Source of the DNA: Tubiluchus corallicola
Taxonomy: Eukaryota; Animalia; Priapulida
Assembly: GCA_030141605.1 (NCBI GenBank)
Contig: JAQGDQ010000578.1
Coordinates: forward strand, 1-64,000
DNA length: 64,000 nucleotides
Direction of reading: 5' to 3'
Below, piece by piece: positions 1-13,136 of this stretch (position 1 is its first letter; the number at the start of each line of letters is the position of its first letter). The notes below the pieces were generated by a model. The model had not been told where the DNA came from. It worked only from the letters and a program-made list of their open reading frames with translations, and made no database searches. Position numbers and translations under genes: made by a program.

Positions 1-2049
1 TGTACCCCAGCAACGCGTCTTAACTACAAACGTCACGTGACATGTTGATAAGGCATAGCCGTCTGCTGCATCAGTTCAGTAACTTCAGTTGTTTTACGTG
101 GACTTTACTTAACCATGCGTTAGCCTGTGTGTAGAATAATTTACTAGCAGGATCTTGCTTGGGAACAAGAAAAAATGAACTAGGTAACATCTGTACACAT
201 GAGGCGTTGTCTGGTACACTTAACATTTGATTCGTTTCACGATACTCGTCAATTACTGGAACTATGAAAAGGTTTATTAAACTCTGAACAAAGTATTCGA
301 GCTTTCTTACTGTAACAATATCTTAGTATTTCCACACAGGCAGGCTGTTACTGGGCAGGTACAATTTACTCCCAAATTCTATACCGTAAACTAGGCGACA
401 GTTCGTCTAAGGGTTCGTTTGTGACGTAGTACACACGTTTAAGAGTTCGTGCTTTTGCATAGTAAACTTGAAATTAGAATTTTAACACATAATTTGCCGA
501 GATTTTAGATTTTGTTCCGCTTTTGCAAACACGTGCAATACGCCCGTGAAATGTTTGTGCTGTTGAAAATTATGCTCATTTGTGATGTCATCACTAGCTG
601 GGCTCACCCGCAATTAATTAACTTTTTAACCTCTTACTTAATTATCTCACACGCTTTGGCATTATCGTAGGTGTTAAAATGTACACTTTTTTGAACTTTA
701 AAATAGGTAGAATATGAAAAATTATCCCGTTTTCCATAAATGTGTCGTAAGCTTTTATATGGCTTCGCATTTATGATGTGCGTATTCTGGTTTTTACCTG
801 TTTAATGTCGATCTATATCTGAGCAATCGCATCGACATCTGTTGTTGTCCTCAAAAACACTTTCACTAAACAAAATGTGAGCTTTCTAACATCTCCACCT
901 TTTTACATGCTTTAGACTATTGATTAGCTAAATCCTGGTTTTCTTACTGCCATGCTTCAGGGCGTTAGAAGTGGACGAATTTTATTGAAATGAATAGAGC
1001 TGTGAGATTCGAGTTGGTTCTCAGACAACGCTGAATCTTTCATCCCCTTCTCGTCATGAATAAACCATGAACACGTTGAGTAAGATATAATTTTCTTTTG
1101 CAGTAAGAAAACCAGGATTTAGCTAATCAATAGTCTAAAGCATGTAAAAAGGTGGAGATGTTAGAAAGCTCACATTTTGTTTAGTGAAAGTGTTTTTGAG
1201 GACAACAACAGATGTCGATGCGATTGCTCAGATATAGATCGACATTAAACAGGTAAAAACCAGAATACGCACATCATAAATGCGAAGCCATATAAAAGCT
1301 TACGACACATTTATGGAAAACGGGATAATTTTTCATATCCTACCTATTTTAAAGTTCAAAAAAGTGTACATTTTAACACCTACGATAATGCCAAAGCGTG
1401 TGAGATAATTAAGTAAGAGGTTAAAAAGTTAATTAATTGCGGGTGAGCCCAGCTAGTGATGACATCACAAATGAGCATAATTTTCAACAGCACAAACATT
1501 TCACGGGCGTATTGCACGTGTTTGCAAAAGCGGAACAAAATCTAAAATCTCGGCAAATTATGTGTTAAAATTCTAATTTCAAGTTTACTATGCAAAAGCA
1601 CGAACTCTTAAACGTGTGTACTACGTCACAAACGAACCCTTAGACGAACTGTCGCCTAGTTTACGGTATAGAATTTGGGAGTAAATTGTACCTGCCCAGT
1701 AACAGCCTGCCTGTGTGGAAATACTAAGATATTGTTACAGTAAGAAAGCTCGAATACTTTGTTCAGAGTTTAATAAACCTTTTCATAGTTCCAGTAATTG
1801 ACGAGTATCGTGAAACGAATCAAATGTTAAGTGTACCAGACAACGCTTCATGTGTACAGATGTTACCTAGTTCATTTTTTCTTGTTCCCAAGCAAGATCC
1901 TGCTAGTAAATTATTCTACACACAGGCTAACGCATGGTTAAGTAAAGTCCACGTAAAACAACTGAAGTTACTGAACTGCTGCAGCAGACGGCTATGCCTT
2001 ATCAACATGTCACGTGACGTTTGTAGTTAAGACGCGTTGCTGGGGTACA
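1..2049. repeat. Long near-perfect inverted repeat: arms 1-950 and 1100-2049, 149-bp spacer
   Basis: Position x pairs with 2050-x: TGTACCCCAGC at 1 vs GCTGGGGTACA ending at 2049, and TTTTCTTACTGC ending at 950 vs GCAGTAAGAAAA at 1100. The pairing offset is the same at both ends, and I saw only about 3 substitutions by eye. The left arm runs off the window edge. Confidence 0.97.
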
Positions 2050-2107
2050 CTGAACCTTTGACCAACGGCAACTGCGCGTGCGCACAACGGAACTGTGGAA
2101 AAGCTTA
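1774..2107 (-). mobile_element. Family C MITE (mirror copy at 1-276)
   Basis: Ends TAAACCTTTTCATAGTT...AACTGTGGAAAAGCTTA. Body homologous to 24736-25092, 43567-43932 and 48775-49157. Confidence 0.8.
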
Positions 2108-2492
2108 AGGCAAGAAACAGTTAAGTCGCCCCCTGCCCGTTGAAAAGACAGTTTCGTCATTTTAACGATGATTTTGTTTCGCATCACAGCAGATTTTTCA
2201 CGAATGTTTCAGAGTTAATGCAAACCATATCTCTCGAGATTTCTCGTAGGATTCGATACTTTCAAGTGCCGACGATGGTAGTTTCCTTCCTTGGCATCGA
2301 TTTGCGTCCAGACCTGGGTGTGACATATGATTTGCCGTTATTTCTATTGTAGTAATATGATTACTTAACAGAGATAGTGAGCTAGACGTTTGTAGCGTGC
2401 AAAGTTTTAAACAGATACATCATCTGAAAAAACCAGATTTTTTCCATCTTTCTATTCAGTAACTAATCAGTTAGTTCACACTTTAGTTGTTT

Positions 2493-2928
<436 letters not shown>

Positions 2929-3006
2929 TAGAGAACCATTTTCGAGTTTTCAGAAAAAGGCAACAATATTTTATACAAAGGTTGAAAAGTTTACAATAAC
3001 AAATTA

Positions 3007-3220
3007 TCATTCTGTGTCAGTAAAAAAGATATGACAGAGACTGAGGTGAGCTTACAGCATTTTTACAGAATTGTAACACTTCATTATGGTACTTACAAAA
3101 ATCAGTGTGTTTTCTTATTCATAAGATCTTAAAATATTAAAACAGATCACAAATACAAAATTGCTATTCATAATTGACGCTAAGGATGTAAGGTCTACAT
3201 TAGTGAATTTTCTTCTAGTA
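3007..3220 (+). repeat. Dispersed repeat, paralogous to 17840-18011 plus 18618-18650 (empty site for family A)
   Basis: TGTGTCAGTAAAAAAGATATGA...AAATTGCTATTCATAATTGACG is shared. The second copy is interrupted by a TTAA-flanked MITE. Confidence 0.85.
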
Positions 3221-4003
3221 TGAGCTTTTAAATGACACTCCATCAAAAATGAAATGTTTTCTGTGTAAAATTATGAACTGAAACTAAACCAAGAAGCCAC
3301 AAACTTGTGAGCATCACCACCGACCCCAATTTCTCTTCATCTGCAGAAACACACTGCTTCTTCTGACTCCGTGTGGTCGTTAACACACAAGCACATCCTT
3401 CACCTGATGAATGGAAAGAGATTCGTGGAGGTTATTTATTTCAATTGCGCTGTACGCTTCAAAAGACAGCGCTGACACTTCACAAAGATTATTTCTACTG
3501 AAAAGTCAAATGTTGCGTAAAAAGGATTTTGAAGCCGCAAAAGATTTAACCATCCAACGGATGACGTATGAACTCCGGAAATGCCTGTTTTTTTCCTGCT
3601 TTTGTTAATTTGCAACGATTTAACTCAGAGGAACCAGAGAAAATGTTTAGAAGTAGTTTAAGTAACGTATAATTAGCGTAGACTTAAAGGACAAGAAAAG
3701 GGGTACCTGAAGTAGGTTTCAGAAAAATCGACTTAAAAATGATACTACTTTACAAAAATTTTATGCGTTAATCGTACTCGCGTTGAAAGTGTTTTTTTTT
3801 CATTTTAAATATCCCGTAATACTGTTCCGACGGCGCCATTACATGACGTCACTTACGCACAACGTAAATCAGGGGAAGGCAATACTAAAATATGCCCCCA
3901 AAAACTTTCCATGCAAAATTTGTTTACCTGCTGGAACGACTTATGTAACTAGATAAGAAAATTATTAATTATTTAAAATACTTTCACTAATTAGTAAAAT
4001 GTC

Positions 4004-4294
4004 GCTGTCGAACGTGTGCAGTTCGTCACAAACTAACACATTTGAACCGAGAGGTACGGCACCTGTTCTTTGTGCAACGCGTTTCCGAAATGCAGGCGCT
4101 AGAGCCCGTTTAACTTGGGAATGGCGAAATGCATATAACAGTGAAAAACTAGTGGCGCGAGCGTGAAATTGTGTTTGTGTGGTGATAATTCTTTCACGTA
4201 AATCATTTTTAAAAAAATGTTATATTTCATTTCAATATTTTAAAGAGTAGATTTTTTGACCTACAGTTTAACAGTTGGTCTGATTTTGCTTTCA
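4004..4294 (-). mobile_element. Family A Kolobok-like MITE, partial
   Basis: Homologous to the corresponding part of 12519-13136 and 39969-40702. Confidence 0.8.
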
Positions 4295-4492
4295 TCAAAA
4301 TGTACAAGAAAATTTTTTGCTCTCATGTATGATATTCTGATATAGCAACACAGTACATCTCGCCTATATAATAATCCTCTTTCATATAATTCTTGTTATA
4401 ATAAAACAAACTTGAACATTCTTTTAAACATTAAAACAACATGCAAATGCTTTAATCATTGTTTTAAACTTAACAAAATTGCGTTTCTCTGC

Positions 4493-5041
4493 AAATGAAA
4501 ACCGGATGATTGTGTAAGAACGAGTCCAGAATAAAGAATGCTCTAAAATATTGAAAACTACAATAGCTTATTCTAACTCAAAGCTTAGATTAAATAATAA
4601 TTACCTCGGATACTCAAATTTCGTTAAACTTTCAAAGCTACGCGCGGTCAGTGAACCTACTAAGATTGGCAGCTGCGCCTTTTTGTCACATGCGCGTGGC
4701 CGACAAATAGAACGCGGCACCGTGCTAACCATGATCGTGAACTGCTGTGTTAGTTTCATGACGTCATATGACGTAGACCCCATTTTTCGTGACATCATGC
4801 ATTTAAACAGTACTCTAACACCTATGCAAATGTGCTTGACGCTCAAGGGAAGACGCCTGCCATTTCACAAACTGTGGTTAGTTTCTGACGTAAGCAATAG
4901 CTGTGTTTGGTTAATTAACTTTTTAAGCTAATTATTCAAATATAAGGAGCAATTGTTAACCTTTATAGGCAAGAAAATGTATATTTTGGACAGTAAATTA
5001 AAATGAGATTGAGTCTAAATAATCGTCCGGTTTTCCTTTAA
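4493..5041 (+). mobile_element. Family B Kolobok-like MITE (~550 bp)
   Basis: TIR GAAAACCGGATGATT...AATCGTCCGGTTTTCCT followed by TTAA. Five near-full copies in the window. Confidence 0.85.
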
Positions 5042-5684
5042 TTTTTATGAAGCGACAGATGCTTTCTTTCTGTAACTTGTTTTAATCTCTTTGTTTGTTC
5101 TCATGATGATACTCTGAATGAAATGTAACTTTTCAATTTCAGAGTCACAGCCTCCGAAAAGTCATTCTTGAAACTAATATTTAGTAAAGTACAGCTTGGA
5201 AAAACTAATTAACGAGCTTGGAAAATTTTATCCATGCATGAAGTTAACGATCAATGTCTAACACGGCGTCTGTTCAAGAACACGAACAATAAACCATGAT
5301 CGTCTTCATTATCGCCCCGCTGCCCAGTGTCAGACAAAAGAAGCCAAAACGAAGCCATACTTTTCACGCAGAAGGCTTCACTTCGGCACGTCAAGTACCC
5401 AGCGCCTGGAGTGCGCTCTCTAACCGTTATGAATGGCTTCACGTCGGAGTGAAAAGATTCTATTGTCAAATAAAGATCATCATTCTTCGTGATTTAACGT
5501 CTCTTGTCGTATGGAAAAACGTGATTTGGCAAAAAAGACGTTTGGCCGTCGTTTTGGCGGTGGAACTAGGTAAACTGCCAAACGTTTGATTCTAAAAATA
5601 GAGTATGACGTAGCCAGATAAAATATTTCATTTTTTTCATCATTCGCATTTCGAATTTATTCTTTCGTTTAAAGGCGCATACAG

Positions 5685-5764
5685 GGCGAGGGATGTAGTT
5701 GGTCAGTCACAGCATGTGTCTAGCGGCAGAAGTTAAGCAACGTCAACGCTAGCCAGTAAATGGT
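5685..5764 (+). mobile_element. Possible 5S rRNA-derived (SINE3-like) fragment
   Basis: GAAGTTAAGCAACGTC...GCTAGCCAGTA resembles the 5S internal control region. Short and degenerate. Confidence 0.3.
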
Positions 5765-5998
5765 GAACTTTCTAAGCTAATTATTCAAATATAAGAAACA
5801 ATTGTTAACTTTTATAGGCAAGAAAATGTATATTTTGGACAGCAAATTAACATGAGATTGAGTCTAAACAATCGTCCGGTCTTTTAAACTCCTTCAGGAA
5901 TGCGCCATTCAAAGTAGACCTTATAAGACCTGCTTTTCTGCTACTGTATGAGCACAGACATAACTAAATGATTACAAATAAGGTACTCTTCTATTCAG
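5765..5998 (+). repeat. Family B right end plus flank, duplicated at ~13965-14172
   Basis: The same MITE end is followed by the same flank (CTTATAAGACC...TTTTCTGCTACTGTATGAGCACAGACATAACTAAATGATTACA) at both loci. Confidence 0.8.
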
Positions 5999-7394
5999 GG
6001 GAACTCGCAGATCCAATCATGCTATTTGTTTAAACATTTATATAAGACTTATTTCGAAAAAACAAGTTCTTTTCAGACACTCCAACTTAGCTTGTCGAGT
6101 AGCTTAGCTTAGAGTACACTTGCGCGATCGTACACACTATTTTTTGATCGCCTGTTTCTACAGCCTAAAAGAACAGTTAGCTGAGAGTTCCAGGAAAAAC
6201 CAAAAGATCTACTAAGGACAAATTAAGCTCCTCTCATCTTTTAACAGGAATTTCTCCTTAAAAACAGACCAGACTTGAAGCGAAAGCGTATGAGAGTGTT
6301 GTGTCTGGATAGTTGAAATTTTCTGCATCAGCTGATATCACACAAGTGATACTGTACATTGTTACAGTGCAAACACTGCACTAACTGAAAGCCTTTTTTC
6401 AATTTTTTCGTCAAAAATCGATTTTTATTTCTAGTTTATCTAAGCTGCATTTCATAGATAGTAAACAAATGTATTTCATAGATAGTTTTGTATGAAAGCG
6501 CATTGTGTGAGGAGTAGAAACCTACAAGAATGAACAGATATAATGCAATGGCAGCTTAGTGAGAGCAGTTTTTCACGAACCTCTGCAGAAAGCAGCAAAC
6601 TCTTAAGGTCCTGTAGTAGTTAATGCACGTAGATAGATAGGTAGATAGATATTTTATTTCTGAAAATCAAATTTCCAACATGAGAATTACAAACTCGACG
6701 CATACCCGATGGTTTTATCAGCGGGCAGAACTCGGGTAATGATTTCCAGATCATACTAACAATTTGACTCAACATAGCTGCACAAGGTATGTACACAGAT
6801 ATATACACAGATATACAAATTTAGTTGTAAACTCCATGAAGCGAAAAAAACTATTAACTAAGCATTTGCACACATGTGATAAACAAATATTTTACTTATA
6901 TGATAATCACAGTGATGCGGTTATATGTCCGCTAACAAAACTATACCATTTAATTCAAAAATCTATGCATGTGAAATTTCCAATCGACGTTAACAGCGCC
7001 CGTACGCGGTAGTACAAACCAATTTGGGTTTATTTTGCATAGTTCATTTTCTACGCGTTCAACATTCAATTTACCATTAACAAAATTCTCCACGCCGTCT
7101 GTTAGTTGTAATAAATCTAAGTTCACATCCACCGTACTGTAATTTCGTGCCGACCGACTTGAAAATTCACAGCTTAATGTTACTTAATTCGCTTTGGCCA
7201 TTTCCAGTAGCTGGTTGTTTTCTTGTGAAAACGGATTACACAGCACCCCAGAGTATAGGTTTACTACTCCAAATATGGCGCAGAAATGAAAAGAACTCAA
7301 TTACGATACCTTTTCGCTCGTAGGGTTGTTTTAATTCTCAGACGGAAGACTATAGTTGGCTATGGTAACTGAGGCGCTTAAAATTAGCAGAAGA

Positions 7395-7830
7395 ATATAT
7401 ATATATATAGATATAATATATATATATATATATTAATTCTTTATTTGTCATTAAAATGGTTCACTCATTATAATAAAACTGAGTAAGCCTCAGCGTAATG
7501 TTAAAATAACAACACTGTTCAAGACAGATGCGTCCAGTGCATATTAAAAAAAACTAAAGTGCAAACTAAGGCCTAATTATATACAATAAATGAACATATT
7601 TACAAACAATATATTAAAATATTTTTATAAAACAATATTACAAAAGTACATTAAATTTTACATGACATATTTTACACTATATATACATTTGACATGACAC
7701 AATTAACAGAAACATGCTTTACACTAGATAAATTTCACTCATTATATTTACACTATTTATACATTTGACATTACAAAACTAACATAACACGTATTACAAG
7801 AATAAGGCTACTTTTTTCTAGAAGAAGCAG
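7395..7830 (-). mobile_element. LINE 3' UTR remnant with (TA)n tail; related copy at ~24330-24600 (+)
   Basis: The minus strand has AATAAA followed by (TA)n. The motif TGCACTGGACGCAT.TG.CTT.AACAG is shared with ~24471. Confidence 0.55.
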
Positions 7831-7961
7831 TTTTAATGCACATCCTGTTCCGGACTGATTTAATCAGTTACTTTAAATTTTTGCTTAGTTGAGTCAGGTC
7901 GGTTGGCCGTGTCTTCCTGTAGAAAATTAGTTGTCGTGATGGCCACGCACGGACGACAACC

Positions 7962-8175
7962 GATAATTTCAAGATTGGCAAAGGCGCCTTCTTGTCACAT
8001 GCGCGTGGCCGGCAAATGGAACGCGGCACCGTGCTAACCATGATCATGAACTGCAGTTGTAATTTCTGACGTCATATGACGTACAGCCCATTTTCGTGAC
8101 ATGACGCGTTTAAGCAGTAACGCAAACGTGCTTGATGCGCAAGGGAAGATTGCTGTTATTGCACAAAGCTGGATA
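7962..8175 (+). mobile_element. Family B internal fragment
   Basis: AAGATTGGC...GTCACATGCGCGTGGCC...TGACGTCATATGACGTA matches 4660-4880. Confidence 0.75.
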
Positions 8176-8239
8176 GTACAACCGATAATTTGATAAAATA
8201 AAAAAAAAAATGTTTCTTTATGAGGAACAAACATTCTAA

Positions 8240-8650
8240 TCAAAGTGCTTGCATTGAGCACATCCCAAAAAACCTTCCACACAAAGTTATATTAGTTAGT
8301 ATCACGATTACCTGCTCGTTAGACTTGTATAACTAGAAATAAAACTTCTTAGTAATTTAAAACGTTTGTGCCAACTGATAAACTGTCATTACTCACCTTC
8401 CCAGCGTGCACCACAGACTCACAAAAAACCGTATTCTGAACCTCATTGACAAGATACAGTAATTTATATTTTTGCTTAGTTAGTGAAGAGTGCGCTACGA
8501 ATGCTATGATTATTTTTTCAAACTTTATGTAAACTTGTTTCAAACGTCTCGGTGTCAAAATGGCTGCGCGTAACGGTCATCACGGGAGTTTAAATTTACA
8601 TGTTTTATGCAGCGTTACTACTGATACGAGCTCTCTATGCAATAACTGAA
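8240..8650 (+). mobile_element. Family D element fragment (other pieces ~13330-13540, 21400-21615, 31980-32260, 52380-52791)
   Basis: TTAGTGAAGAGTGCGCTACGAATGC...AAAATGGCTGCGC is shared, in reverse orientation at 32 kb and 52 kb. The 52 kb copy ends CCTTTCTTCTCCT-TTAA. Confidence 0.7.
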
Positions 8651-9326
8651 ATAGTACATCAGTGATATAAAATTTCAAGACGATTTTTTACCATTATGTA
8701 AGCAAAAGGTTTTCTTGTGCTTTAATGTAAATGACTGCCGTGGGATTTGAACTCAGACACCATCTGGTTAGGATAGTGTCGTTCAAAATGAAACACTGAA
8801 CCAATGGACGCGCCTCAGCCCTCTGTGTACATCACCCTCAGGGAGAGAAACAGCGAGTGGGGAGTATATCACAACAACGACACGACAATGGCAACGACAA
8901 TAGCAAGAACTACAACGACAAACAAACAAACAAACAAAGAGACAACAATAAAGCAGCAACGCTTGCTTTGATGGACAAAGACAACAACAATCGGAGTTCT
9001 GTACATCCCAGTCAGTTTTAAACGCCTAATTATTATTAATTTAAATTCATACCTTTAAAAGTATATAGCATTATATAAGAATTAAAAAACACTCAGCTGT
9101 ACTATAAAATTACGATAGAAACTAAGAAAATATTTACATACACAAAAACATAAGAACACAAGACAGGACACTAAAAGATACAATACAGAGAGGCATAAAC
9201 CAAATAAAAATGGTAACAATGGTAAAAAAGTTTGATATCATAGTGCAAAACATAGTTTGTACCAATTCTTCCATATAACTATATTGTGATATGCAGAGTG
9301 AATGTAAACAAACAATTTATCAATTA

Positions 9327-10352
9327 CAGTGTTCCCTCACTTATCCCGGGTGCACCCGTTCCAGTGTGCACACTTATCCCGTTCCAGGCTCAGCCGCGAT
9401 AAGTGAATTTCCGCGAAGTAGGGACGCTATACTTATTTTAGTAGTTATACATTATTTTAAGTTTTTATAAGCCCTCCCCACACTCTTATATATATATATA
9501 TATGTTTATTGACTGATTAAGAGATAGTCGAACATGATGCTTTAGTTCAGTCCATAGATCACTACAAAAAAGGACTTTTGATCATATAACATGATCATTT
9601 CTGTCAAAAAATAACTGAAGAATTATTTACAAACTCTCACTACACACTTATTATCGCCTAATATGATCATTACTGTTCAAAAACAGCTAAAGAGTTATTT
9701 ACAAATTCACAATATGACATTGGGTTTCCAATGAAAAATTCATGCAGATCGTTGAAGCTCAGTTCAGTGTTATCTTCACGAAGGTGATTCGTAAGTGGAC
9801 AAAAACAGATAACATGCTCAACTGTTTGAATGTTTAAGCCAGGACATGAGCATAGCCTGTCAAACCCTTTCCCATTCCCTTAATAACTTTTCCCATACAT
9901 GTACCTTTTAAAAAACTTTACTTAAATGTTCGCTAGGTCGCTTTCCATCAATCAACAAGTCGTGTGTTGTGTACAATCTCACGTCGCCAAAAAGCATCTC
10001 TAGCGGGCGCAAGTACTACATTTCGTTTTTTGGTGTGTATTCATCCGCCGAATAAATACACTATTTACAGTAAATGGTAATTTTTTGTGTTTTATAATAT
10101 TCTTTTAATGTTAGAATTAATATTTTTAATATATTTTTATACATTTTGAGATTTTCTTATGCAAAATTTATCAAATCTATACATTACTGTACAATACGTA
10201 CTACGCATGTGCAAAAATACTTTAGACGGAGTACCGCAAAAACCCGCGAAACAGCGAAAATACCGCAATAAATATTTTACATTTATATTTTTGAAAACCC
10301 GCGAAACAGCGAGTCCGCGATAAACGAACCGCTAAGTAACGAGGGAACACTG
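9327..10352. mobile_element. Tc1/mariner superfamily (Tigger/pogo-like) MITE
   Basis: TA-CAGTGTTCCCTC...GAGGGAACACTG-TA: perfect 12-bp TIR, TA target duplication, and subterminal CCGCGA repeats. Confidence 0.88.
9488..9865 (-). mobile_element. 5'-truncated LINE inserted in the Tigger-like MITE
   Basis: The minus strand encodes FDRLCSCPGLNIQTVEHVICFCPLTNHLRE...AVFEQ* (ORF2 C-terminal zinc knuckle), then AATAAA and (TA)n. Confidence 0.75.
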
Positions 10353-10628
10353 TATATCATTAGTTAGTTCTGCCAGTCCGTAAATAAAGGATTTTGTTAT
10401 CTTTCGTGTAATAACATCATAATTAGGAATATTAAGTTTTACTTTCACTTATGCTACGTCTTCCCAAAATGTTGAAAGTCCACAAAATGCTTATTTGGCA
10501 GTTAATTATGAATTAAATTTGTCAACAACGTGTTATATTAGCGTCGCCTGTTATTCCTATGCTAGCATCTGTTTCAAGCACGCAGATTTTTTTTGATGAC
10601 GTGAAATACACCAATGTAAATAAAAATA

Positions 10629-11790
10629 GAATGTCAATTTTGTGATTTGAATGTTGTTCAAACCCTTACTCATGCGGTCTTAGAATGTCCCGAAACTAAA
10701 TACGCTGAATGTCAATTTTGTGATTTGAATGTTGTTCAGACCCTTACTCATGCAGTCTTAGAATGTCCCGAAACTAAATATGTTGAATGTCAATTTTGTG
10801 ATTTAAATGCTGTTCAGACCCTTACTCATGCGGTCTTAAAATGTCCCGAAACAAAATATGCTGAATGTTAATTTTGTGATTTGAATGTTATTCAGACCCT
10901 TAGTCATGCGGTCTTAAAATGTCCCGAAACTAAATACGCTGAATGTTAATTTTGTGATTTGAATGTTGTTCAGACCCTTACTCATGCAGTCTTAAAATGT
11001 CCCGAAACTAAATACGCTGAATGTCAATTTTGTGATTTGAATGTTGTTCAGACCCTTAGTTATGCGGTCTTAAAATGTCCCGAAACTAAATACGCTGAAT
11101 GTCAATTATGTGATTTGAATGTTGTTCAGACCCTTACTCATGCGGTCTTAAAATGTCCCAACTAAATATGTTGAATGTCAATTTTGTGATTTGCATGTTA
11201 TCAGACTCTTACTCATGCGATCTTAAAATGTCCCGAAACAAAATATGCTGAATGTTAATTTTGTGATTTGAATGTTATTCAGACCCTTAGTCATGCGGTC
11301 TTAAAATGTCCCGAAACTAAATACGCTGAATGTCAATTTTGTGATTTGAATGTTGTTCAGACGCTTACTCATGCAGTCTTAAAATGTCCCGAAACTAAAT
11401 ACGCTGAATGTCAGTTTTGTGATTTGAATGTTGTTCAGACCCTTAGTTATGCGGTCTTAAAATGTCCCGAAACTAAATACGCTGAATGTCAATTATGTGA
11501 TTTGAATGTTGTTCAGACCCTTACTCATGCAGTCTTAAAATGTCCCAACTAAATACGCTGAATGTCAATTTTGTGATTTGAATGTTTTCAGACCCTTAGT
11601 TATGCGGTCTTAAAATGTCCCGAAACTAAATACGCTGAATGTCAATTATGTGATTTGAATGTTGTTCAGACCCTTACTCATGCGGTCTTAAAATGTCCCA
11701 ACTAAATATGTTGAATGTCAATTTTGTGATTTGCATGTTATCAGACTCTTACTCATGCGATCTTAAAATGTCCCGAAACTAAATATGCTG
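10629..11790 (+). repeat. 78-bp tandem repeat (~15 copies) derived from a LINE zinc-knuckle coding segment
   Basis: Unit GAATGTCAATTTTGTGATTTGAATGTTGTTCAGACCCTTACTCATGCGGTCTTAAAATGTCCCGAAACTAAATACGCT translates as ECQFCDLNVVQTLTHAVLKCPETKYA. The frame continues past the array to a stop near 11891, followed by an AT-rich tail. Confidence 0.9.
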
Positions 11791-12518
11791 ACTATGTTGA
11801 ACATATCAACTGTTTTATGACACAATTTACTGTAAACAAAGTCAAATATTTGTATAAACTTGAAAAACTTTGTGGAAATAATGATCTTTAATTATTTTTC
11901 AACTTCTGTAAATATTCACGATTGCAATTAGTATCACACTAAAATTATATTTCATGTAATGACGCGTCTCGCTTGTCACTGGACAAATTGTTATGTTATG
12001 TTTTTGCTATTTGACTTGGGTGTAGAAAATGCTGAATTTGTCAACAAACTATATATACATATATAAAATTCAATCTATAATAGTTTACAACTCCGTCACG
12101 TGACCCAGATAGTGGTGCCATTCATTAGAAAAAAGTGAAATTAAAGGCAAAAATGAAATGTCAGTTTTTAAAACAAAGAAACCTCTCTCTTCCTGGAAAG
12201 ACAAACAATTCCAGCGTGCATTCCAAACACCTCCCGCCTTTGTGTTAATGAAGATGCTGAACAGCATCCGGCAAGGCCCGTTCCTCACGTGTTTCTCATT
12301 CGAACCATCCAGATTCTGATCCGGATTCTCGTCTGTATGATATAAGCTAACATTGAAAGTCAATACAGTATAATGCAGCGCCTGAGTAACTCAAGGATGC
12401 GTATAGCGTTGACATTTAACTTGTGAGACTCGCTAGAGTATGCAGAGCATGTACAAACAGAACTGCACTTATACATCAGACTTTCACTTACACAAAATAT
12501 ACACGGTCACAGTTTACA

Positions 12519-13136
12519 TTAAAGGAAGTCAGGGTGATTTTTCATATACTACACCATTCTCAAGTCCGATAAAAAGTATACATTTTAGCACAATTAATAC
12601 TGCAAAAGCGTTTCTGATACTTATATAGATTAAAAACTTAATTAATGGCGGGCGAGCCCAAATGCTGATGACATCACAACCTAACATAATTTTCAACAGC
12701 AAAAATATTCCACGAGTGTGTTGCACGTATTTGCAAAAGCGAAAATTGAAGTACAGTACTACTGTAAGATATTCAGTGTGTTTTATTAAAACTAAGCAAG
12801 TTTTAAGATAAAATTTCAAATTCACTGCTGTGCTCATGCATGAGCTGTTGAACGTGTGTAACTCGTCACAAACTAACACATCTGAACTGGTACGTACAGC
12901 ACATGTTTTTTGTGCAATGCATTTCGGAAATGCAAGGCGCTAGTGCCCGTCTAACTGACGAATGGCGCAATGCAAGTAACAGCGAAGAACTAGTGACGCG
13001 AACATGAAATTGAGTTTGCGTGCTAATATTTCTTTCACGTAAGTCAATTTTGAAAAAAATAGTATGTTTTTTTTCAATATTTTAAAGAGTAGATTGTTTT
13101 AACCTGCCTTCTAAGATTGTGTCGGTTTTGCCTTAA
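12519..13136 (-). mobile_element. Family A Kolobok-like MITE, full length
   Basis: TTAA-AGGAAGTCAGG...CGGTTTTGCC-TTAA. A paralogous empty site with a single TTAA lies at ~15904. Confidence 0.88.

Larger units (their letters stand above)
9000..10560 (-). mobile_element. Decayed LINE ORF2 3' end (RTE-X-like, tentative), interrupted by a Tigger-like MITE
   Basis: The minus strand gives ...LNIPNYDVITRKITKSFIYGL...IWKNWYKL across the MITE, similar in pattern to 58780-59110. Confidence 0.45.

Noticed and set aside
8730-8825. tRNA-like B-box on the minus strand (also ~60765-60790)
   Set aside because: No cloverleaf is recoverable; at most eroded SINE heads.
10647-11552. ORFs read as a host C2H2 zinc-finger gene
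   Set aside because: The spacing is CxxC-x9-H-x4-C, not C2H2. The units are near-identical at DNA level with recurrent stops and frameshifts, and are better explained as LINE-derived.
12529-12879. Recurrent ORFs with LLKIMLVCDVI (also at 18335, 23010, 42060, 57061)
   Set aside because: Chance frames in family A MITE copies. Starts and stops are not conserved and there are no transposase motifs.
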